Source of the DNA: Candidatus Sigynarchaeum calidifontis | GTDB taxonomy: Archaea > Asgardarchaeota > Lokiarchaeia > Sigyniarchaeales > Sigyniarchaeaceae | Assembly (NCBI GenBank): GCA_030587475.2 | Contig: JAUQYZ020000251.1 | Location: 1 to 17,719, forward strand | DNA: 17,719 nucleotides | Reading direction: 5' to 3' | In this document: piece by piece, positions 10,314 to 15,388 of the stretch | Layout of the letters: every line of letters begins with the position of its first letter | Position numbering within the stretch: position 1 is the first letter of the stretch | Position numbers and translations under genes: made by a program | Notes under the pieces: generated by a model | What the model was told of the DNA's origin: nothing | The model's input: the letters and a program-made list of their open reading frames with translations, nothing else | Database searches by the model: none

Positions 10314-10738
10314 CAGGAACCGCTTGCTTCGACGCGGGAGTCTTTTCAATCTTTTTCTCGAAGGAATGCACCGCGAAGGTCACGAACGTCATGCAGCAGC
10401 TAAAAAAGGGCTCGCTGGCCGCGCAAGTGGTTTCACCGGTCGTGACCGAGATTTTATACCACGCATGCACTACCGAAGGAAAGGAGCGTGCCCAAATTCT
10501 CGTGAGCTCGTTGCTAGAAGACTACAACATCCACGTGATAACTCCTGACCGGGCTCTCCTGTACTCTGCCGGTATTCTACGATGCCAGCACCGCACCGCG
10601 CTGTCATACATCGATTGTATGTCGATCGCACATGCATTGAAAATGGGCATTCCCTTTCACACGACGGAGAAGAAATTGAAACAGATACCCGGTAACGTGC
10701 TCCAGCGGCTGAAGGTTGTGAAATACGAGTTGCCTTGA
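10310..10738 (+). CDS. vapC: PIN-domain ribonuclease toxin (VapC)
   Basis: FDAG, VVTEI, LSYIDC, TTEKKL acidic PIN motifs. Confidence 0.88.
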   Translation: MTGTACFDAGVFSIFFSKECTAKVTNVMQQLKKGSLAAQVVSPVVTEILYHACTTEGKERAQILVSSLLEDYNIHVITPDRALLYSAGILRCQHRTALSYIDCMSIAHALKMGIPFHTTEKKLKQIPGNVLQRLKVVKYELP

Positions 10739-10819
10739 GCGGAACGGTGCGACCACGAGTCTTTTTACTGCTTGCTAGGCCAAGCGTCGCCGGTTATTGC
10801 ATCCCGTGATAGCCAATCA

Positions 10820-11047
10820 TCAAAAAAAGGGAAGATCCATCACCGCGGCAACGAGCATGTAGATGATGAATCCATAGATGAACCCAATCGCACCCAGTGA
10901 GGCGAACTTGGTCGCCCGCCGCGCTCGCTTGAAATCGCTATCGATTCTCGTGAGCTGTTCCCCACCCCGGCTCCAAATCTTATCGATATCCGCCTTGCAG
11001 AAACCTGCAAGGCTGCAGCCTTCGTGAATCGGCTTGCCGCACAGCAT
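10820..11047 (-). CDS. Possible small Cys-rich membrane protein or gene fragment
   Basis: MLCGKPIHEGC...C followed by a C-terminal hydrophobic helix; start uncertain. Confidence 0.3.
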   Translation of the reverse strand: MLCGKPIHEGCSLAGFCKADIDKIWSRGGEQLTRIDSDFKRARRATKFASLGAIGFIYGFIIYMLVAAVMDLPFF

Positions 11048-11205
11048 GCAACCGTGGCGAGTACCTGGACATGATGGGCTTGCCGCACGACTTATTAATT
11101 TACAACGACCCCCCTTATAGCACTGATTCGGGTCATGATGATTCGAACTATCTCGATTATCGATCTTATCACCCGCAAGTTTCCCACTCTGCGAAGAATT
11201 TGCAT

Positions 11206-11223
11206 CGAAACACTTATATATCG
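11206..11223 (+). promoter_or_regulatory. Archaeal BRE-TATA promoter at the head of the RNA island
   Basis: CGAAACACTTATATATCG, near-identical to CGAAAAAGTTTATATATCG at 12739; about 30 nt upstream of a structured RNA. Confidence 0.65.
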
Positions 11224-11248
11224 ACGGGGGGTCAGCAAGGATGACTAA

Positions 11249-11396
11249 CGGGTGATTAGTTACGCTCCACGAGGGATCTAAAATCACCGCACGCCTCGGC
11301 GATGCTTCGGGGCGGTGGCGACTTTCGCGTTCACTGCACGTCAGTTTTATGGCAGTGACGCAAGAACCCATCGTTTACCAGGAGGCTAATCACCCG
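11249..11396 (+). ncRNA. Unknown ~148-nt structured RNA (terminal stem plus two-hairpin junction)
   Basis: CGGGTGATTAG/CTAATCACCCG 11-bp closing stem, CTCC/GGAG, GGGATCT/AGAACCC, hairpins CACCGC/GCGGTG and TCACTGC/GCAGTGA. Confidence 0.6.
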
Positions 11397-11600
11397 ATCA
11401 AGTGCTGATTCTCCTCCTTGAGTCGCGTGTCGTGGGGAATGGGTTGCCGCTCCCTCGTGGCTACCACCCGTTTCGAGCCATTCCCGCGCCGCCGGTGCTC
11501 GTGTCGGGGAAATGCGCCGTGATCCGCATGAGATCGTGATCGAGAGGATCTGCAGGGCGTGTCGCACCATGCCGGGCTAGGTACCGGTAGGTAGAACCGG

Positions 11601-11674
11601 GCGGGCGTCATATAGTGGCAGTATGTGGCGTCGCCAGCGCTGACACGGGGGTTCGAGTCCCCCCGCTCGCACCA
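11601..11674 (+). tRNA. trnG: tRNA-Gly(GCC), C33, encoded CCA
   Basis: Acceptor GCGGGCG/CGCTCGC, loop TC-GCC-AG, T arm GGGGG-TTCGAGT-CCCCC, ACCA. Confidence 0.9.
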
Positions 11675-11689
11675 TCGCTTCCCACGCGC

Positions 11690-11763
11690 GCGTCGGTCGT
11701 CCAACGGCAGGGCCCGGGGCCTCCAACCCCGTGACGAGGGATCATCCCCCTCCCGTCGCACCA
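11690..11763 (+). tRNA. trnG: tRNA-Gly(TCC), atypical (C33, T-loop ATCATCC)
   Basis: Acceptor GCGTCGG/CCGTCGC with one mismatch, CGGGG-CCTCCAA-CCCCG, GAGGG/CCCTC T stem, ACCA. Confidence 0.75.
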
Positions 11764-11778
11764 TCTACCATGCACCGC

Positions 11779-11852
11779 GCTCCCGTGGTCTAACCGGCAA
11801 GGATGCCAGCTTCTCAGGCTGCGAGGTCCGGGTTCAACTCCCGGCAGGAGCA
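11779..11852 (+). tRNA. trnE: tRNA-Glu(CTC)
   Basis: GCTCCCG/CAGGAGC, CAGC-TTCTCAG-GCTG, CCGGG-TTCAACT-CCCGG. Confidence 0.85.
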
Positions 11853-11888
11853 CGACCACGCGACACTAAACGACCTAACGCGACACGA

Positions 11889-11964
11889 GCTTCCATGCTC
11901 TAGCGGCCAAGGAACTTGGACTTTCAATCCACGTGCGCGGGTTCAAATCCCGCTGGAAGCTCCA
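11889..11964 (+). tRNA. trnE: tRNA-Glu(TTC)
   Basis: GCTTCCA/TGGAAGC, TGGA-CTTTCAA-TCCA, GCGGG-TTCAAAT-CCCGC, TCCA. Confidence 0.9.
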
Positions 11965-11974
11965 CTCAAAGAAA

Positions 11975-12050
11975 GGCCCGTTCGGATAGCCCGGTAATCC
12001 ACCTGGCCGTGGCCCAGGCGTCGGACGTTCAAATCGTCCACGGGTCACCA
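11975..12050 (+). tRNA. trnH: tRNA with GTG anticodon (His), atypical (C33, A73, no encoded G-1)
   Basis: GGCCCGT/ACGGGTC, CCTGG-CCGTGGC-CCAGG, GGACG-TTCAAAT-CGTCC, ACCA. Confidence 0.78.
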
Positions 12051-12063
12051 ATATCACCACCAC

Positions 12064-12136
12064 ACCCCCGTAATTCAGCGGCCCAGAAGTCGGGGCCTTG
12101 AACCCCGGAACCGTGGTTCGAATCCACGCGGGGGTA
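12064..12136 (+). tRNA. trnQ: tRNA-Gln(TTG), C33
   Basis: ACCCCCG/CGGGGGT, CGGGG-CCTTGAA-CCCCG, CGTGG-TTCGAAT-CCACG. Confidence 0.88.
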
Positions 12137-12153
12137 TGACACGCCAGCAGAAC

Positions 12154-12229
12154 TGCCCCGTGATGTAACCGGCAAACAGGCGCGCCCCTGAAGCACGCAA
12201 TGGCGGTTCGAGCCCGCTCGGGGCAACCA
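12154..12229 (+). tRNA. trnQ: tRNA-Gln(CTG), C33
   Basis: TGCCCCG/CGGGGCA, CGCGC-CCCTGAA-GCACG, GGCGG-TTCGAGC-CCGCT, ACCA. Confidence 0.85.
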
Positions 12230-12292
12230 ACCCGGCCATGACGACAAACGAGCAAACCAACCAAGTAGCGAAAAAATGCATCAACAACCGGC

Positions 12293-12366
12293 GAGGTGGT
12301 ACGATAACGGCAGTCTCGCGGTCTCCAGAACTGCGGGCGTGGGTTCAACTCCTGCCCACCTCACCA
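12293..12366 (+). tRNA. trnW: tRNA-Trp(CCA), intronless
   Basis: GAGGTGG/CCACCTC, GCGGT-CTCCAGA-ACTGC, T loop TTCAACT, ACCA. Confidence 0.85.
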
Positions 12367-12738
12367 ACAAACCAAGCGTGAACGAAATGGCAGCACGGTT
12401 AGCGTTGAAATCAACAATCCCCACGCGGCCATCGGTCGCGGTGGTGTCCTATAGCACGAGGCAGCCCATGCAAGCCAGCAGCGCGCTGAAGGTGGTCGAC
12501 GTGATTTCAAGCATCGCCGGTGATGCACGGCTCGATTTTCCCTCGGCATATCTCGTCCCGCCATTCACGGCCGAGCCGGGGTCCCTCGCGGCCTATCGCC
12601 GCTGCTTGCCGGCACCAAAGCCATCGAGACGATCCCCGAACGGCGGCGCCGCCACGATCTTTTCTTTACGCCATGGTTCACGTGAGGTCAGTTATCTTCA
12701 AAAATATCGATTCTCTTGGCTATTCCGGCAATCTTTCT

Positions 12739-12757
12739 CGAAAAAGTTTATATATCG
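12739..12757 (+). promoter_or_regulatory. Second BRE-TATA promoter within the array
   Basis: CGAAAAAGTTTATATATCG, a copy of the 11206 motif. Confidence 0.65.
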
Positions 12758-12988
12758 GTGTCGATATCAATGATCTTGCAATTCAAATGAAAAAGAATTA
12801 CCACAAACCAAAATGGTGACCCGACCAAGAGACAACGAACGAGATCGCCTGCTAGCAAGAGACGATACCGGCACCACCGAGCACGGCCGGAGACGGCTAG
12901 CAGGGGATCGCTTGCCCGCAACGGGCACGATCCAGGCTTTCTACCCACCAGGACGATCAAGACCGTACCACGCGCCCAATGACACGAC

Positions 12989-13065
12989 GGGAGTGTCGTC
13001 CAACTTCGGCAAGACGCCAGGCCGTTAACCTGGACATGCAGGTTCGACTCCTGCCACTTCCGCCA
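12989..13065 (+). tRNA. trnN: tRNA-Asn(GTT), C33
   Basis: GGGAGTG/CACTTCC, CCAGG-CCGTTAA-CCTGG, GCAGG-TTCGACT-CCTGC, GCCA. Confidence 0.9.
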
Positions 13066-13083
13066 CCCGATCCCATTATCCAT

Positions 13084-13207
13084 GCGCCAGTAGCTTAGCA
13101 CATGATCTCCATCCCGTCCTTGCCAAGCGAAGTGCCACGGAGATTACATCGGATAAAGCATTTGTTTCACGAGCAAATAATCGTTGGTTCGATTCCAACC
13201 TGGCGCA
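13084..13207 (+). tRNA. trnV: tRNA-Val(CAC) with a ~50-nt structured D-loop insertion (about 13100-13148) carrying the repeated RNA motif
   Basis: GCGCCAG/CTGGCGC, D stem GCTT/AAGC, TTTGT-TTCACGA-GCAAA, GTTGG-TTCGATT-CCAAC; insert closed by ATCTCC/GGAGAT. Confidence 0.82.
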
Positions 13208-13222
13208 TCAATTTTTCTCCTT

Positions 13223-13296
13223 GGAAGCGTGGTGTAACGGCAGCACTTCGCACTGTCAGCGCGAGAATCGGGGTTAAATTCCCCGCGCTTCCGCCA
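13223..13296 (+). tRNA. trnD: tRNA-Asp(GTC), T-loop TTAAATT
   Basis: GGAAGCG/CGCTTCC, TCGCA-CTGTCAG-CGCGA, CGGGG/CCCCG, GCCA. Confidence 0.85.
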
Positions 13297-13594
13297 CCAT
13301 CGCTCGTTCGTGGGCTAAAATCGTTCTCCCCCCATTCCACGAAAAACATTAGTAATGGAGCGTCGATGGATATTCTTGGTTGATAACATGTGTGCAAATC
13401 GGTTTGACAAAAGCGCCGAGAATGAAGTCCGCAAGTAACAAATTTACACGGGAAATCTTCGCATGATGAAAGAAAAGCCGATAAATGGCACCGATCCTTC
13501 CCGATAGCCACGTGCCCAAGATATCTATCGGGGGCGACGTGAAGCGCCTGGCGAGAAAATTCGACGAGCAAAGGGGTTTCAAGGAGTCTTGAAT

Positions 13595-14155
13595 TCAATC
13601 GCACAACAAGCCGTTCCAGGTCTGGATGCATTCCTCCTTCGAGACATCGAATGCCTTCTCTACCTTGCTCCAGTCCGTTTGCGCCATGATGCCCTGCTTG
13701 TACCGCGAGTTGATGAACCGGGCGAGGTCGCGCGGTAATTGCTCGTTACTCGTGAAAATGTCGATGCAGAAAACGTGGTTCGATGCCTTGTCATAGACGA
13801 AGCCGGCTGTCTTCTCCGTGATGCTTATCAAGAGCTTGGCAGTCGGGGAAAAGAAGTAAAAATCGTTCATCATCTTCTCCTTGTGGATGAGGTAGCACGG
13901 GGAATCCCGGAGTTCCTTGATCGTGTCGATTGGTTTAACTCGCTGCAATTTCAAGGCCTCCTCCATGAAAGCCATGGTAAAAAGGACCACGTCGGCAATG
14001 GGCAAGGGGCGTGCAACAAGAACCGGGAACGGCACGACAACCCACTCGATCAACTTCGGCAGCAAGATGAGGCGTTCTGGCTGCCAGAAAAGCGACGCCA
14101 CCGGGTCATCGGGCAAGCCGAGGTCGTTCGCCTCGATTTCCAGCAGTTCGGCCAT
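13595..14155 (-). CDS. Hypothetical protein, antisense within the tRNA array
   Basis: Open frame with globular-protein composition (MAELLEIEANDLGLPDDP...ECIQTWNGLLCD). ATG 14155 preferred because the upstream ATG (14245) abuts tRNA-Phe. Confidence 0.7.
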   Translation of the reverse strand: MAELLEIEANDLGLPDDPVASLFWQPERLILLPKLIEWVVVPFPVLVARPLPIADVVLFTMAFMEEALKLQRVKPIDTIKELRDSPCYLIHKEKMMNDFYFFSPTAKLLISITEKTAGFVYDKASNHVFCIDIFTSNEQLPRDLARFINSRYKQGIMAQTDWSKVEKAFDVSKEECIQTWNGLLCD

Positions 14156-14246
14156 CGGTAACGAGACTTCATCCACCATGATCGTTGGATAGACCGAGGC
14201 CAAGGCATTTAATTGTATCATTGTGCGCTGGCAGACCATTATCATT

Positions 14247-14323
14247 GCAGTGATAGGCTAGCTGGGAAACCGCCCGGCTGAAAACCGGGACGTCGAGTGG
14301 TTCGAGTCCACTTCACTGCACCA
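14247..14323 (+). tRNA. trnF: tRNA-Phe(GAA)
   Basis: GCAGTGA/TCACTGC, CCCGG-CTGAAAA-CCGGG, AGTGG-TTCGAGT-CCACT, ACCA. Confidence 0.9.
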
Positions 14324-14348
14324 CCTTCCAATTCCACGTCGTACCTGC

Positions 14349-14428
14349 GAGCTCGTCGCCTAGCCAGGCAAGGGCAGCGGGCTTTTAACCCGTCTAGTTT
14401 GCGAGTTCAAATCTCGCCGAGCTCGCCA
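14349..14428 (+). tRNA. trnK: tRNA-Lys(TTT), 7-nt variable loop
   Basis: GAGCTCG/CGAGCTC, GCGGG-CTTTTAA-CCCGT, GCGAG-TTCAAAT-CTCGC, GCCA. Confidence 0.9.
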
Positions 14429-14477
14429 TTCTTTCTACAAATTCGAGGTGATTGACCGAGTAAGCCAACATCCACGA

Positions 14478-14610
14478 GGGCGGCCGCCGCCGTGCATCCG
14501 GGCCCGTGTTTCCACAACTGTCCTCTCCGAGAGGTGCCGTGGAAACTACATCGGCCACAGACTGTGAATCTGCATAGCCTCCTTGCCCGGCACAAAGGCG
14601 GCGGCCGCCC
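14478..14610 (+). ncRNA. Candidate Y-RNA-like ncRNA A (133 nt)
   Basis: Perfect 14-bp terminal stem GGGCGGCCGCCGCC/GGCGGCGGCCGCCC, inner GTG/CAC and CCGGG/CCCGG, conserved motif 14505-14554, anticodon-like arm CAGA-CTGTGAA-TCTG. Confidence 0.72.
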
Positions 14611-14691
14611 GTTATCCACCGCGATGATTCGAGGGGCACCACGACACGCGTGGCCCGATTCGGGCCACCACTTCTCTCCCCATTAGTCTTC

Positions 14692-14771
14692 GGGCTTGTC
14701 TCCTAGCCAGGCCAGGGAGGCGGACTCTTAATCCGCTCGTACCGCGAGTTCGATTCTCGCCAAGCCCACCA
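14692..14771 (+). tRNA. trnK: tRNA-Lys(CTT), 7-nt variable loop
   Basis: GGGCTTG/CAAGCCC, GCGGA-CTCTTAA-TCCGC, GCGAG-TTCGATT-CTCGC, ACCA. Confidence 0.9.
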
Positions 14772-15156
14772 AATATTCGTTGATACCCAAAATTCGCCGC
14801 CCGGAGCATTACCACCTGGAGTACGCGAGTGCAATGCTCGCCCGGGCGTGAAACGCTTGCCACCACGCGCCGCGGGGCGCTACCGGGGGGTTCTCACCGC
14901 CAAGTCCCCGTCCAGCGATCGCCTGCAGCGCCCGGTTCCAAGCAGGCTCGTTTTCCCCGGCGCGCCCGTCGGTGCGAGGCGCGCCGGAGCCCATCCCTTT
15001 CACGATCCATGCACGATTCTCGGTCCAAAAACGGCCAATTTCCCGCCGGAAGCACACGCCGCCTGTCGTAGCGGGTGAAAGCCCCGCGCAGGCGAACATG
15101 GATGCATCGGGCATCCAGGTTACCAACAACTGCGACCCACCCGGTCGCATTCCCCC

Positions 15157-15301
15157 GCATAGACGCAGCCGTGGACACGCGGAAGGGGGCCACGTGTTTC
15201 TGCATCCTGTCCTTCGCAAGGAGGTGCCGCGGAAACTACATCGTCACTCGAAAAGACGCTCCGGCCCCACACCGCGCCACAAGGGCTGTCTCGTGCAACC
15301 A
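15157..15301 (+). ncRNA. Candidate Y-RNA-like ncRNA B (~145 nt, ends in ACCA)
   Basis: Nested stems AGAC..AGCC/GGCTGTCT, GTGG/CCAC, GCGG/CCGC, GGGGCC/GGCCCC; conserved motif 15193-15243 with a compensatory change relative to ncRNA A and a GCAA tetraloop. Confidence 0.72.
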
Positions 15302-15357
15302 ATTTTTCGCACGTGATGGAAAACAACGACAGCACCAATCGCAACACCTGCGAAACG

Positions 15358-15379
15358 ACTGTCCTCGAACAAGAGGTGA
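15358..15379 (+). promoter_or_regulatory. Shine-Dalgarno (GAGGTGA) of the Ro60 gene inside a copy of the motif's apical hairpin
   Basis: ACTGT-CCTC-GAACAA-GAGG-TGA, about 10 nt before ATG 15389; compare AACTGT-CCTC-TCCGA-GAGG-TGCC in ncRNA A. Confidence 0.6.
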
Positions 15380-15388
15380 AAAAACAAT

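Noticed and set aside
11249-11396. 5S rRNA or SRP RNA identity for the first structured RNA
   Set aside because: No CCGAAC loop C / GAUGGUA-type 5S motifs and no SRP helix-8 motif.
13160-13178. TCA (selenocysteine/opal) anticodon reading for the tRNA at 13084
   Set aside because: Stem register places CAC at positions 34-36, and there is no long variable arm or extended acceptor stem.
13515-13540. GATATCTATCGGGGG as a third copy of the promoter motif
   Set aside because: The TATA is interrupted, there is no BRE, and no plus-strand gene follows.
11331-13631. Numerous short ORFs on both strands across the array
   Set aside because: They overlap tRNA or structured RNA genes and translate tRNA motifs (GFEP, GSNP); spurious.
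14797-15150. Group II intron or RNase P RNA, prompted by GGGTGAAAGCCC
   Set aside because: No domain V and no GAGGAAAGTCC or CR-V sequence found by eye.
14505-15244. Hammerhead, hairpin or HDV/theta ribozyme reading of the repeated motif (contains GAAAC and CTGTC)
   Set aside because: CTGATGA is absent, GAAAC is base-paired, there is no AGAA loop partner and no nested double pseudoknot could be drawn.
13101-15378. CRISPR or direct-repeat array interpretation of the repeated motif
   Set aside because: Copies are irregularly spaced hundreds of bases apart and conserve structure rather than sequence; no cas genes are present.
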